DNA of 64,000 bases from an uncultured Gammaproteobacteria bacterium (lineage in GTDB: Bacteria > Patescibacteriota > Patescibacteriia > UBA9934), in NCBI GenBank assembly GCA_964452565.1, contig CAYVLY010000001.1:78638-142637 (forward strand), given 5' to 3'. Numbering within the stretch: position 1 is the stretch's first letter; each line of letters begins with the position of its first letter. The notes below the pieces were generated by a model. That model did not search any database. It worked only from the letters and a program-made list of their open reading frames with translations, and was not told the DNA's origin. Shown here in pieces: positions 25,510 through 35,932 of this stretch. The position numbers and the translations under genes were made by a program.

Positions 25510-26607
25510 TTATAGATCAAATCCGGTTTGTTCTATGTATGCCTCGTAGATTTCTTTGTGCGTTCCGAAGTTGAATAGTCCCATGTCTTCAAGTTTCCCA
25601 ATTTCTGAGAAGAAGTAGTTAAGCAATACCACATTGTCTTTGACATATAGGTTTGATGGAATATAGACTGTCATCTTTGCAACCCCACGTTCGGGATCGT
25701 AGTGCTCTGCGACATCAATGATTGACGCGACAATCACATCAACATCCTGTGCGGTGAATTCACAACTTGAGCTTTTTCTACATTTATCATCTTCATCTTC
25801 TGCAGCATAGTCAAGCCTATCAATGCTTCCAGGCATCATTATGATAACCGGATCATCATCAGCTATAAGATCATTTGAGTCTGCAAGAGGGATGGGGTAG
25901 ATAGCCTCATAAATGTCTTCAGGAAGACTAACATGCCAGCCATCGCCTTTAATGTATTCATCTGTCCATTTTTCATCAGGTCGGTTTTCATAAGGGATTG
26001 CAAGCAGATGTGCGCCAACAATTCCGTTCAGATACTTGAATCCCGCAAGCGATGCAGCTGTTGCCCAGTCATTGATACTTCCACCACCAGAGCATCCCAG
26101 ATTGTTCTCCTCACCGATAAGATCATCAATGATTGATTTATTACGTTCAAATGACTTTGAATAATCCTCAGCACTGATTTCGATATCTGCATAGCGCGAT
26201 CCAAGATCGCAATGAGTCTGTACTCCATGTCCGCTTTCGAAGATTTCTTGCAAAATATTTATTCCCCAAATGCTGTTGGCGATTGCAAATGGTTTTTCAC
26301 TTTCAATACTTAAGATGGCCCCAACTGTATCAGCAAGCTCCATTGCAAAGCGTAACTGTTCAACATGAAGCAAAAATCCCATTTCGTTTTCATCGTCCGT
26401 GAACTCATGCTCCATATGAGTCATAATTGTGAGGTAAAGCTGGTTTTCAGGTTCATCAACATCATCCATGGATATAACACCTGGCGTAGTTTGATCATCT
26501 GAATCCTGTGGAACAGTCTCCTCCATCCAGAAGAAGAAAAGCGCCAATACTGCTAGAAGAATGACGATTATTATTGAAGTAAGAATGGCATTTCTATGTG
26601 ATTTCAT
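25510..26607 (-). CDS. Hypothetical membrane-anchored extracytoplasmic protein
   Basis: N-terminal TM helix then an acidic soluble domain; no recognisable catalytic motif. Confidence 0.5.
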   Translation of the reverse strand: MKSHRNAILTSIIIVILLAVLALFFFWMEETVPQDSDDQTTPGVISMDDVDEPENQLYLTIMTHMEHEFTDDENEMGFLLHVEQLRFAMELADTVGAILSIESEKPFAIANSIWGINILQEIFESGHGVQTHCDLGSRYADIEISAEDYSKSFERNKSIIDDLIGEENNLGCSGGGSINDWATAASLAGFKYLNGIVGAHLLAIPYENRPDEKWTDEYIKGDGWHVSLPEDIYEAIYPIPLADSNDLIADDDPVIIMMPGSIDRLDYAAEDEDDKCRKSSSCEFTAQDVDVIVASIIDVAEHYDPERGVAKMTVYIPSNLYVKDNVVLLNYFFSEIGKLEDMGLFNFGTHKEIYEAYIEQTGFDL

Positions 26608-26630
26608 ATGCGCATAGTATAGCCATTTTA

Positions 26631-26639
26631 TGGTATAAT
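26631..26639 (+). promoter_or_regulatory. Extended -10 TGGTATAAT ending 10 nt before ATG 26650 (near-leaderless)
   Basis: TGnTATAAT consensus match. Confidence 0.5.
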
Positions 26640-26649
26640 AATCAAGGAT

Positions 26650-28323
26650 ATGGAGGATCTCCTCTTTTTTGAAATAGCCATTGTAATAGTGACTGCAGGC
26701 TTGCTCTCTTTTATAGCGAGAATTTTAAGGCAGCCACTAATAATCGCATATATCATCACTGGACTTCTTGTAGGGCCGGCCATTTTTGGTTTTGCAGAGT
26801 CCTCTGAAGTGTTTGACATGCTTGCAAAGATTGGAATCGCATTCTTGCTCTTCTTGGTAGGACTTCACCTGAACTGGCGAAACATCAAAGATGTTGGAAA
26901 GGTTGCGATCTTCTCGGGGCTTGGTCAGGTGATCATTACAAGCGCTGCTGGGTTTGGAATCACACAGTTACTTGGATTTGATGTTGTAGAGTCAATCTTC
27001 ATTGGAGTCGCTTTTGCATTCTCTAGCACAATCATCATTGTAAAGCTTTTATCAGACAAACAAGACATCGATCGGTTCTATGGAAGGATCAGTGTTGGAA
27101 TACTGATCGTGCAAGATTTGATGGCCATGTTAATCTTGCTTGGCCTGAGTGCATTTAGCCAGGACTCGGGAGGCATCGCTAGCATTGTTGGTATCTCATT
27201 ATTGAAGTTAGTAGCCGTTCTGTTTGTCCTGTGGTTTATGGCGCGCTATATACTACCTCATGTTTTCAAGGCTGCAGCGCGATCTGGCGAACAACTATTC
27301 TTAATCGCGATCGCATGGTGTTTTGCCCTAGCAAGCGGATTAACTTTCTTTGGATTTGGAATTGAGATAGGAGCACTCTTGGCCGGAATTGCATTAGCCG
27401 GAACTGGATTTAGGCGTGAGATTGAATCTCGAATACGACCACTTCGAGATTTCTTCTTGATATTATTCTTTATATACCTTGGAACGCAGCTGCCAATTGA
27501 TACGATAATGTCATCATTGCCGATTGCTCTAGCCTTAAGCGTTTTCATCTTGATTGGAAATCCGCTCATTGTAATTTTTGTACTGAGAATTTTCAAATAT
27601 CATCCACGAACAGGATTTCTATCAGGAGTCACAATGGCGCAAGTTAGTGAGTTTTCATTCATTCTTCTAACTGCTGCAATTGCTGCTGATCTGGTTGGCA
27701 TGGAAACGCTATCAATCGCTACGATTGTTGCAATGATCACCATTACAATCTCATCATACGTCATAAAATACAACGAAGAGATTTATGAGAAGATCGAACC
27801 CTTGTTTAAGTGGCTTGAACATGTTCCAGATACAAAGGAACATGAGAGACGAAAAACAACTCCTTCAATTATTCTATTTGGTTGTCATGGAATGGGGCAG
27901 TCGATTCTTGAGTCAATACAAAAAACAAAATATGAGTATTTGGTTGTAGATCTAGATCCTTCGGTAATCGATGACCTTCAGCAAGATCAGGTGCCGCACA
28001 TGTACGGCGACATGGCAAATCGTGATTTCCTGCATTACATAGTCTCAGAAAAAGCAAAGTTAATTATTTCAACCATTCCTGACGTGAGTGCAAATCGCGA
28101 CATGATGGAATATCTAAAGTCAAAGAAGTCAAAGGCATCTGTGATTGTGACAGCGAAGAATACGTATGATGCAAAGAAAATGTATAAAGCAGGCGCGACC
28201 TATGTTATTGTCCCTGGATTAATGAGCGGAGAGTTGTTCTCGCAGATGCTTTCATCAAAAAAGCTTAAGAAGACTTCATGGATGGCCTCAGCAAAGCGCC
28301 ATAAATGGGCGATTGATAAATAG
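26650..28323 (+). CDS. Monovalent cation:proton antiporter-2 (Kef-type) with C-terminal RCK/TrkA-N domain
   Basis: 12-13 TM CPA2 core; Rossmann-like ILFGCHGMGQSILESI..YLVVDLDP RCK domain. Confidence 0.8.
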   Translation: MEDLLFFEIAIVIVTAGLLSFIARILRQPLIIAYIITGLLVGPAIFGFAESSEVFDMLAKIGIAFLLFLVGLHLNWRNIKDVGKVAIFSGLGQVIITSAAGFGITQLLGFDVVESIFIGVAFAFSSTIIIVKLLSDKQDIDRFYGRISVGILIVQDLMAMLILLGLSAFSQDSGGIASIVGISLLKLVAVLFVLWFMARYILPHVFKAAARSGEQLFLIAIAWCFALASGLTFFGFGIEIGALLAGIALAGTGFRREIESRIRPLRDFFLILFFIYLGTQLPIDTIMSSLPIALALSVFILIGNPLIVIFVLRIFKYHPRTGFLSGVTMAQVSEFSFILLTAAIAADLVGMETLSIATIVAMITITISSYVIKYNEEIYEKIEPLFKWLEHVPDTKEHERRKTTPSIILFGCHGMGQSILESIQKTKYEYLVVDLDPSVIDDLQQDQVPHMYGDMANRDFLHYIVSEKAKLIISTIPDVSANRDMMEYLKSKKSKASVIVTAKNTYDAKKMYKAGATYVIVPGLMSGELFSQMLSSKKLKKTSWMASAKRHKWAIDK

Positions 28324-28370
28324 TATTCTCGATATAACGAATTCGTGTTAATCTTTAGTCTATAAAGTTA

Positions 28371-28844
28371 ATGAATATAAGTATGAAAAGAGCAAAAGAA
28401 TTAGCGGCTAGAATAATGGGGGGTAGTCCTGAACAGGGACAAGGAAAGCTTGAACGTGAGGTTAGTCGCGTTGAGGCTGAAATAAAAGAAGGACTCAAGG
28501 ACATGATTCGTTCTGTAGACGCTATTGGGCAGTGGATTGATCAATGGCAAGAGGCTGATCGAGATGAACTTGAAAACAGGTATCAGATGGGTACAGATGA
28601 AAAATTTGCAGGTGCAATACGTCTTGAGAAAGAGGAGGCGATAAATGGTGCTGCTGAATGGGCCGAGTATGCTCATCAGACATTTGCTGATTTAGAGGAT
28701 ATAAAAGGTCTAACTGATGAGGAAATTCAGTTAATGCATGATAAGCTTGATGAGGTGGACCGATTGGTTGAGACATCGACTGGAGGGCTCAAGAAAGACA
28801 TTCAATCAAGAATAGATCAGCTTAGAACAAGTGCGGCAGCATAA
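28371..28844 (+). CDS. Hypothetical acidic coiled-coil protein
   Basis: ORF only; alternative start at 28383. Confidence 0.4.
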   Translation: MNISMKRAKELAARIMGGSPEQGQGKLEREVSRVEAEIKEGLKDMIRSVDAIGQWIDQWQEADRDELENRYQMGTDEKFAGAIRLEKEEAINGAAEWAEYAHQTFADLEDIKGLTDEEIQLMHDKLDEVDRLVETSTGGLKKDIQSRIDQLRTSAAA

Positions 28845-28847
28845 AAG

Positions 28848-28888
28848 TTGACACAAAGAAATTAGCACTCTATAATGCAGAGTGCTAA
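28848..28888 (+). promoter_or_regulatory. Sigma70 promoter TTGACA-17-TATAAT with a perfect CIRCE operator TTAGCACTC-N9-GAGTGCTAA overlapping the -10
   Basis: TTGACA 28848..28853; CIRCE 28862..28888 with TATAAT (28871..28876) inside the 9-nt spacer. Confidence 0.85.
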
Positions 28889-28898
28889 TTTTATTTCT

Positions 28899-29594
28899 GT
28901 GTTAAACGAACGTCAGCTAAAAATTCTATCAGCAATCGTTGAAGAGTATGTGGCCACTGCACAACCTGTTGCTTCGCGTACATTGGTAAACAAGTACGCG
29001 TTTTCTGTTTCTCCGGCAACAATACGAAACGATATGGTTTTGCTTGAATCAGAAGGGCTTCTGCGTCAGCCACACACGTCTGCAGGACGCGTTCCAACCG
29101 AGGAAGGTTATCGAATCTATCTTGAGACCTTTGTAAAGCGTTCACGATCAAATCGAACTAGCACACAAATGCAGCAAGCTGTTGAGCAGGCACAAACACC
29201 GCGTCAGTTAGTTCGTGAGATGGCTCAATGTCTGACTCGACTATCTGGAGAGACTGCAGTCGCATCACTAGACACCGGGTGGAATCACTACACCGGAATA
29301 TCGAAGTTATTTGATAAGCCTGAGTTTAGTGATGTAGCAACACTGCGTGCACTTTCAAGTGTGGTTGATGGTTTTGATCAGACTCTTCGCGATATCTTTG
29401 GCGACATTGAAGATGACGTGAACATTTGGATTGGTGGAGAGAATCCGTTTGGAGAGCAGATCGCAACAATGATGGTTAAGTATCGATTACCAAACGGAAT
29501 GATCGGAACACTTGGACTTATCGGCCCAATGCGAATGAATTATGAAAAAAATATCTGCTTGCTTGAGCAGGCTAAAGACATATTAGATGCTTAG
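28899..29594 (+). CDS. hrcA: Heat-inducible transcription repressor HrcA
   Basis: N-terminal winged-helix RQLKILSAIVEEYVATAQPVASRTL; start moved to GTG 28899 because ATG 28875 lies inside the -10/CIRCE. Confidence 0.8.
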   Translation: MLNERQLKILSAIVEEYVATAQPVASRTLVNKYAFSVSPATIRNDMVLLESEGLLRQPHTSAGRVPTEEGYRIYLETFVKRSRSNRTSTQMQQAVEQAQTPRQLVREMAQCLTRLSGETAVASLDTGWNHYTGISKLFDKPEFSDVATLRALSSVVDGFDQTLRDIFGDIEDDVNIWIGGENPFGEQIATMMVKYRLPNGMIGTLGLIGPMRMNYEKNICLLEQAKDILDA

Positions 29595-29596
29595 AT

Positions 29597-30145
29597 ATGA
29601 AGAAGGATAAAAGTAAAAAGTTGAAAGATCAAAGTCGAGTAGATTCTTCGGCTGCGCCTCAGAATGACACTTCCACTTGTCATCCTGAACGGAGTGAAGG
29701 ATCTACTGAGTGCGAGAAGTGCGCCGAGTACTTAGCGGGCTGGAAACGCGCGCTGGCAGATTATGAGAATATGAAGGCAGATATTGATAAGGTCAGATCT
29801 CATAATCGCGATCAGATCAAGATCGACCTAGCGCTAAGCCTCTTGCCTGTGATGGACAACTTCGATCAGGCTGTAAGTCATGCGCCAGAAGCGTCAGATG
29901 CTATCGAAACTTGGCTTCAGGGTGTAAAGTTCATCAAAAAGCAGTTTGAGGATGTATTTGAGGAGATGGGACTGGAGATGATCGATACTTCGATCGAATT
30001 CGATCATAATCTACATGAAGCGGTAGAAGAGCGCGAAGAAAAGGGGTCAGACCCGGGAAGGATCATAGAAGTTCAACAAACCGGCTGGAAGATTGGGTAT
30101 CGAATACTAAGGCCGGCTAAGGTGATAATAAATAAATTAAAATAA
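29597..30145 (+). CDS. grpE: Nucleotide exchange factor GrpE
   Basis: GrpE motifs WKRALADYENMK..LLPVMDNFDQAV; position between hrcA and dnaK. Confidence 0.85.
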   Translation: MKKDKSKKLKDQSRVDSSAAPQNDTSTCHPERSEGSTECEKCAEYLAGWKRALADYENMKADIDKVRSHNRDQIKIDLALSLLPVMDNFDQAVSHAPEASDAIETWLQGVKFIKKQFEDVFEEMGLEMIDTSIEFDHNLHEAVEEREEKGSDPGRIIEVQQTGWKIGYRILRPAKVIINKLK

Positions 30146-30147
30146 TT

Positions 30148-30268
30148 GTCATCCTGAGCGAGTCGATTCGTCGCCGGCCGTCGCTAAAGCTATGGCCGGT
30201 CCGCCGAAGCTTTATGCGAAGGCGGAAAGGATCCCTGTAAGAGATTTCTCGGCTTCGCTCGGAATGAC
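30148..30268. repeat. GC-rich palindromic repeat element, family GTCATCC..GAGCGAG..GGGATCC..GGATGAC (copy A)
   Basis: Terminal inverted repeats gtcatcctgagcgagtcga / tcggcttcgctcggaatgac; internal GC hairpins; related copies at 32270, 38105, 50290, 53258, 56754, 58560, 60537. Confidence 0.65.
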
Positions 30269-30295
30269 GAAGAATAAATAAAACAATAAAAACAT

Positions 30296-32269
30296 ATGCC
30301 AAAGATTCTAGGAATTGATTTAGGAACTACAAACTCAGCTATGGCTGTGATGGAGGGTGGTTCACCAAAGATCCTTGAGAACAAAGAAGGATCACGCACA
30401 ACACCTTCAATGGTGGCGGTTACAAAGAATAATGAGCGCTTGGCTGGAACACCTGCAAAGCGTCAAGCTGTTACAAACCCAAAAGATACACTCTTTTCGA
30501 TCAAACGACTTATCGGACGAAGATTCAATGATGAAGAGGTTAAGTATGACATGGAGCACATGCCATATGAGATTGTTGCACGTGGAGAAGGTGTGGGTAT
30601 CAAAATGGGTGATAAGGAATACACACCGCAGCAGGTTGGTGCAATGGTTTTGCAAAAGATGAAAGCAGATGCTGAGGAAAAGACTGGTGAGACAATCACA
30701 GAAGCAGTGATCACGGTTCCTGCTTACTTTGATGATGCACAGCGACAAGCTACAAAGGATGCAGGTGAGATTGCAGGGCTTAAGGTCCTCCGAATCATCA
30801 ACGAGCCAACTGCGGCCGCACTCGCTTATGGATTTGATAAAAAGGTTGGTCAGCAAGTTCTGGTGTACGATCTAGGTGGTGGAACTTTTGACGTGTCAGT
30901 GCTCGACGTATCTGAAAATACCGTTGAGGTTCTATCAACCAATGGTGACACTCACCTTGGAGGAGATGACTTTGATAAGGCGATTATCGACTGGATTATC
31001 ATGGAGTTTAAGGCGCAAGAAGGTGTAGATCTTTCTGGAGACCCACTTGCTATGCAACGTGTAAAAGACGCAGCAGAGCGGGCTAAGATTGAGTTATCCA
31101 CAGCAGCACAAACTGAGATCAATCAACCATTCATTACTTCAGGAGCAGAAGGGCCAAAACACTTGGTTATGACTTTGACACGCGCAAAGCTTGAGGAGCT
31201 AATTATGCCGCTTGTTGAAAAGACTCTTGAGCCAGTTAAGAAAGCACTTAACGATGCAAAGCTTCAACCGTCAGACATCGAAGAGATCATCTTGGTTGGA
31301 GGGATGACACGAATGCCAGTGATCGGAAAGAAAGTAGAAGAGTTTTTCAGTAAGAAGCCAAATGCGACTGTAAACCCAGATGAAGTTGTTGCAATGGGTG
31401 CAGCAATCCAGGCTGGTGTTCTTCAAGGTGATGTTAAGGATGTGCTGTTGCTTGATGTGACTCCACTGTCTCTCGGAATCGAAACTATGGGTGGAGTGTT
31501 TACAAAGCTTATCGAGAGAAACACAACAATTCCTACAACCAAGAGTCAAATCTTTTCTACTGCAGCTGATAGTCAGCCTTCTGTTGAAATTAAAGTTTAC
31601 CAAGGTGAGCGTCAGATGGCTGCTGACAACAAGGTTCTTGGACGGTTCATGTTGGACGGAATCCCACCAGCACCACGAGGAGTTCCACAGATCGAAGTTA
31701 GTTTCGATATCGATGCGAACGGAATCCTTAATGTTTCTGCAAAAGATAAGGGAACTGGTAAGGAGCAGAAGATTACCATTCAGGCATCTTCAGGATTGTC
31801 GGACGAAGAGGTTGAAAAGATGAAGCAGGATGCAGAGGCTCATGCTGATGAGGATAAAAAGAAAAAAGAGAGCGTAGAAGTTAAAAATGTTGCAGATACC
31901 ATGGTGTATACTGCAGAGAAGATGCTGATCGATGGTAAGGACAAAATCGACGAGGCTGAAGCAAAGAATGTTCAAGAAAAGATTGACGCTCTTAAAGACG
32001 TTAAGGATAGTGAAGATATTGAAAAGATCAAAGCTGTGTCTGAAGAACTATCAAAGGTTGCTCAGGAAGTTGGAGCAAAGATGTATCAAGCTGAGCAGGC
32101 AGAACAGAACCCAGAAGCCAGTACCCAGAACCCAGCCGAAGGTCACGAGCAAAGTCGAGGGGAAGGCGACGACGTAAAAGACGCGGATTTTGAGGAGGTG
32201 AAAGAGGAAAAGAAGGACGAAGGCGCTGACGCCGCTGATCAAACTGATCAAGGATCGGAAAATAAATAA
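30296..32269 (+). CDS. dnaK: Chaperone DnaK (Hsp70)
   Basis: [18 protein letters not shown], full Hsp70 architecture. Confidence 0.95.
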   Translation: MPKILGIDLGTTNSAMAVMEGGSPKILENKEGSRTTPSMVAVTKNNERLAGTPAKRQAVTNPKDTLFSIKRLIGRRFNDEEVKYDMEHMPYEIVARGEGVGIKMGDKEYTPQQVGAMVLQKMKADAEEKTGETITEAVITVPAYFDDAQRQATKDAGEIAGLKVLRIINEPTAAALAYGFDKKVGQQVLVYDLGGGTFDVSVLDVSENTVEVLSTNGDTHLGGDDFDKAIIDWIIMEFKAQEGVDLSGDPLAMQRVKDAAERAKIELSTAAQTEINQPFITSGAEGPKHLVMTLTRAKLEELIMPLVEKTLEPVKKALNDAKLQPSDIEEIILVGGMTRMPVIGKKVEEFFSKKPNATVNPDEVVAMGAAIQAGVLQGDVKDVLLLDVTPLSLGIETMGGVFTKLIERNTTIPTTKSQIFSTAADSQPSVEIKVYQGERQMAADNKVLGRFMLDGIPPAPRGVPQIEVSFDIDANGILNVSAKDKGTGKEQKITIQASSGLSDEEVEKMKQDAEAHADEDKKKKESVEVKNVADTMVYTAEKMLIDGKDKIDEAEAKNVQEKIDALKDVKDSEDIEKIKAVSEELSKVAQEVGAKMYQAEQAEQNPEASTQNPAEGHEQSRGEGDDVKDADFEEVKEEKKDEGADAADQTDQGSENK

Positions 32270-32342
32270 CCCCTCTCGTCCATCCCGACGTGAGGAGGGA
32301 TCCCGGCCGGGCTGACGCATTTATCGCCCGGCCGTCGATCTG
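32270..32342. repeat. GC-rich palindromic repeat element (copy B) with catcccgacgtgaggagggatcc core and 9-bp CGGCCGGGC/GCCCGGCCG hairpin
   Basis: Shares a 23-nt motif with the copy at 38105..38255. Confidence 0.6.
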
Positions 32343-32353
32343 ATTAACCCACC

Positions 32354-32563
32354 ATGCATATGTTTAGTAAGAAAGAAAAACCAAAAAGGAATATATTGCT
32401 TCGGCTTGTAATCGGAGTAGGTTCGTTTGTGATGTGGCTACTTAGCTTTAAGGCCGTTCGATCCTGGATTTGGAAACGAGTTGAGTCAAAAGGTAGAGAA
32501 AAGATAATCGATGCGAAAGCAAAGGTTGTAGAAAAAAGTGAGAAAAAGAGATTTTTAAAGTAG
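32354..32563 (+). CDS. Hypothetical small membrane protein
   Basis: ORF with one TM; between dnaK and dnaJ. Confidence 0.3.
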   Translation: MHMFSKKEKPKRNILLRLVIGVGSFVMWLLSFKAVRSWIWKRVESKGREKIIDAKAKVVEKSEKKRFLK

Positions 32564-32565
32564 TT

Positions 32566-32988
32566 ATGGTCTTAAGTAATGTAAAAAAATTCCTAAAGCC
32601 ACACCGTCTATTGCTTTTATCAATGGCTGTTTTTGCTGTTGCTATATGGCTGGCAATGCATATTTTATTGGATAACCTATGCCTTGTTCCATACTGTAAC
32701 CAATACGATCATTTTTGGCTTGCATGGGTCCTTATCCCAATAATGGTTGTGATAGCCATTTTCTCGATACCAATTTTAATTGCATTTGGAATTTGTCACT
32801 TTCTGTACATGTCTTTTGGTTACCAGGATATGACGATTTGGGCTTGGGTGATGGTGAAAATGTATGATATTGGATTCATGAATGTCAGAGAGATATTATC
32901 CATTTTAATATCGGTATTTGGAGGGGTTATATATGGTGGTATTTTCTATTCGATTGTAAGCATTCCAATAAAAAAGATGCGTAAATAA
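32566..32988 (+). CDS. Hypothetical 4-TM membrane protein
   Basis: ORF, hydrophobic; between dnaK and dnaJ. Confidence 0.4.
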   Translation: MVLSNVKKFLKPHRLLLLSMAVFAVAIWLAMHILLDNLCLVPYCNQYDHFWLAWVLIPIMVVIAIFSIPILIAFGICHFLYMSFGYQDMTIWAWVMVKMYDIGFMNVREILSILISVFGGVIYGGIFYSIVSIPIKKMRK

Positions 32989-33009
32989 TGATTTTGGAAT
33001 GAAGTAGCT

Positions 33010-34065
33010 ATGAGCAAAGACTATTACAAGATTTTAGGGGTGGAAAAGGGTGCGGATAAGAATGAGATCAAGCGTGCTTTTAGGAAACTTGCGCATGAGC
33101 ATCATCCAGATAAGGGTGGTGATCAGGATAAGTTCAAGGAGATAAATGAGGCGTATCAAGTTTTATCAGATGATACTAAGCGATCGCAGTACGATCAGTT
33201 TGGTTCTACTTTTGATCAAGCTGGTGGTGCTGGCGGATTTGGTGGGTTTGGTGGTCAGGGATTCTCTGGTCAAGGCATGAACTTTGAAGATCTTGGAGAT
33301 ATGTTCTCAGGTATGTTTAGTAGAGGCGGAGGTCGATCAAGACGTGCACAAGGATCTCATATCCAAGTCGACATGCAGCTAAGCTTCAAAGAAGCTGTGT
33401 TTGGTGTTGAAAAGGAAATCCAAGTATCAAAAAATAATAGTTGTGATCGTTGTGGTGGTGTTGGATCAGAGCCAGGCAGTTCAATGAAGACCTGTTCGAC
33501 ATGTTCAGGATCAGGAGTTCAAGAGAAAGTTCAGCAGACTATTCTTGGGTCGATCAAAGCTAGAACTGCTTGTGAGTCATGCCAGGGACGCGGAGAGGAA
33601 CCAGAAGATCCATGTTCGACCTGCGGAGGAAGCGGAATGGAATATGGAAAAAAGTCATTACGCGTTGAAGTTCCTGCAGGAGTCGATAATGGTATGAAGA
33701 TCCGCGTGCGCGGTCAGGGCGAGTCTATTGGCGCTTCTGGCGTTGCAGGTGATCTTTACGTAGTTTTGTATGTTAAGCCTGACCCAAGGTTTGAACGCGT
33801 TGGAGAGCATATTTATACGCATCACAAGATTGGATTCACACAAGCGGCATTAGGTGATGAGGTTTCGATTGAAACGCTTAATGGAAAAGTAAAGCTAAAG
33901 GTTCCGTCAGGAACCCAGAGCAGTGATAAGCTTCGGTTGCGAGGTAAAGGTGTGCCAAAGGCGCGAGGTCGTGGAGATATGATTGTTGTAGTTCAAGTTG
34001 TAACGCCAAAGAAGGTTTCGAGGAAACAAAAGAAGCTGTTGGGAGAGTTAGACCTAAAAGAATAA
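33010..34065 (+). CDS. dnaJ: Chaperone DnaJ
   Basis: J-domain HPD motif, Gly/Phe-rich region, four CxxCxGxG zinc-finger repeats. Confidence 0.9.
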   Translation: MSKDYYKILGVEKGADKNEIKRAFRKLAHEHHPDKGGDQDKFKEINEAYQVLSDDTKRSQYDQFGSTFDQAGGAGGFGGFGGQGFSGQGMNFEDLGDMFSGMFSRGGGRSRRAQGSHIQVDMQLSFKEAVFGVEKEIQVSKNNSCDRCGGVGSEPGSSMKTCSTCSGSGVQEKVQQTILGSIKARTACESCQGRGEEPEDPCSTCGGSGMEYGKKSLRVEVPAGVDNGMKIRVRGQGESIGASGVAGDLYVVLYVKPDPRFERVGEHIYTHHKIGFTQAALGDEVSIETLNGKVKLKVPSGTQSSDKLRLRGKGVPKARGRGDMIVVVQVVTPKKVSRKQKKLLGELDLKE

Positions 34066-34070
34066 TCAGA

Positions 34071-34127
34071 TCGGGGCATCCTGCCCCGTACCCCTGGCCC
34101 CATTTCTTTGGAGCAGCAAAGAAATGG
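34071..34127 (+). terminator. Two consecutive hairpins after dnaJ: GGGGCA-tcc-TGCCCC and 13-bp CCCCATTTCTTTG-gagcag-CAAAGAAATGGGG
   Basis: Perfect stems. Confidence 0.55.
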
Positions 34128-34586
34128 GGAAAAGAAACTGCTGGCCCATACTGCGTTCGTCCAGGCGTACCCCTTGTCATACAGACGGGCATTTTGAGGA
34201 TCTGGTTTGTATCTATGGATAAACCAGACCGGCAAAATGCTATTCCGTCTTCCTGCCAGGGGACAAGCCTGAACGTACTCGTGGTGGGCCTAAAATGCTA
34301 AGAGCCGGGTCGCGTCAAAATTGGCTGGGGACTCAGTTGAGAATTACAAGAACCGGCATATGCCGGTTCTTGTACATCTTCATTAAAAAAAGGAGCCGCC
34401 GAGGTAAGTCGGCGGCTGTGTGAGTTGTCCAAGACTCACAGAGACGCATGACCCAAGCCTCCCTTCGCTTGAATCATCATGAAGAAGTGGATGGCCCTAG
34501 CTCATCGGTACATCCACAAAAATAATATCAAAAATTGTTGAAAAAGCAAGAGCCGCAGCCTGTGTAGGCTGCGGACTGACGACGGG

Positions 34587-35270
34587 CTAGTGAAGCGTAA
34601 CCTCAGTATCAAGCGCATCAAAGAGCTCAGCTATGAGGTCTACAAGGTCCTGTAGTAGCCTGACGCCACCTTCAAGATCATTGGTTTGTCTCAGAGTCAG
34701 GACGTTAGCTTCAGAAAGTAGGCTATTAGCCATGCTGCGTACCATATAAGCTGCAGTAAATGCAGCCATGAATGTGGAACTGGCCACACTGCCTTCCTCA
34801 AGTGCTATATGAATGATTGCAACATATTCACCCCACTGCTGATAGTCCACTCTCGTAGGCCTGTGATGCATGATTTTTGATTGACAAATCAACACATCCA
34901 GAGCCGGATCAGAGTCGCAAGCTCTATAGATCAGACGCAATTCCTTGAGAAGAAGCTCAACGGAAATGTGCAGTTGAATAAGGTGACAGCGTATAGGCCC
35001 GTAGGATAGCCAAGGTGTGCCATGCGTGATGCCGTAGATGAGTTGCCTGTTGGATGCTATAGCGCACTGGCGTATTATGCGAAGGTGCTGATCAATCCTT
35101 GGAAGGATTGTATCTCGAATCTCAGTTACCGTAGACACGATTCCTCCAGGGTTAATGTTCGCGGAGATCGTAGCTGTTTCCCAGACTTGAGTCAACTTTG
35201 ATATACTGAATATATGCCGGAGGATTTGATCGAAATAGACTCCATTGAGGGAGTAACCGAGTTTGTTCAA
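34587..35270 (-). CDS. Hypothetical protein (compositionally atypical region)
   Basis: Only long ORF in the region; its 5' end overlaps the 5' end of divergent ORF 35214..35744, so one of the two starts is probably internal. Confidence 0.3.
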   Translation of the reverse strand: MNKLGYSLNGVYFDQILRHIFSISKLTQVWETATISANINPGGIVSTVTEIRDTILPRIDQHLRIIRQCAIASNRQLIYGITHGTPWLSYGPIRCHLIQLHISVELLLKELRLIYRACDSDPALDVLICQSKIMHHRPTRVDYQQWGEYVAIIHIALEEGSVASSTFMAAFTAAYMVRSMANSLLSEANVLTLRQTNDLEGGVRLLQDLVDLIAELFDALDTEVTLH

Positions 35271-35744
35271 AACACGTCGTACTTCACGTGGGATGCTTTG
35301 GTTGTGATTGGGTTGATTGTTTTGATATGCGCGTATGGTTTCACATTTGGTAAAGACTTTGTTGTGCCTTTGTTGGTTTCTGTTTATGTCGCAGGTTTTG
35401 TAATGGCGTTTGTGCCGTATGTGGAGTGGTTGCGAGGACTGATCGAAGCAGACACTGGAATTGCATCATCGATCGTATTTATCGGAATTTTGTTGATCGT
35501 ATTCTTTATTCTCAAGTCAAACGGATTTTTTGAACCTTATATAGTGCCCACGGGCTTTGAACTTGCTACGTTTTGTATTGGGATAACTGGGCTGACCTTA
35601 GTGATAGTTGCAAGTTTTATGGGTGAAGAGATGATTGCAAGCTTTTCGCCGCTAGTTCGATCTGTGTTTGTTGGCGATATACAAATGACAGCATGGGCCC
35701 TGGTGCCAGTTGTTTTGTTGGTTTTGATAAGAGGCGAGACCTAA
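35214..35744 (+). CDS. Hypothetical 4-5 TM membrane protein
   Basis: ORF, hydrophobic helices. Confidence 0.4.
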   Translation: MPEDLIEIDSIEGVTEFVQNTSYFTWDALVVIGLIVLICAYGFTFGKDFVVPLLVSVYVAGFVMAFVPYVEWLRGLIEADTGIASSIVFIGILLIVFFILKSNGFFEPYIVPTGFELATFCIGITGLTLVIVASFMGEEMIASFSPLVRSVFVGDIQMTAWALVPVVLLVLIRGET

Positions 35745-35749
35745 AACAT

Positions 35750-35850
35750 ACCTCCCACTTCCCCTGCCTACCGGCAGGCAGGCAAGGGGGAGATAGCCTG
35801 CCGGTCGAAGCTCCGACAGGAGCGAAGTCCGGAGGGGGTTGCCGTTTTTG
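35750..35850. repeat. GC-rich structured element with the gagcgaagtccggagggggttgccg core; shares the 12-mer agggggttgccg with the intragenic dnaX element
   Basis: Hairpins CCCCTGCC..GGCAAGGGGG; ends in a T-run, so terminator-like. Confidence 0.55.
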
Positions 35851-35932
35851 ATCTAAGCGTCATTCATTGACGTTTTTCTTTTTTTATGACAATATGCGCA
35901 GTCATCAGGAATAACCCTGATAGATCATTCAC

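Noticed and set aside
34130-34590. tmRNA, RNase P RNA or SRP RNA in the ORF-free structured region
   Set aside because: None of the conserved cores (tmRNA tRNA-like ends, RNase P GNAANNUCGGGC-type P4 sequences, SRP domain IV) could be found by eye; left as an unclassified structured region
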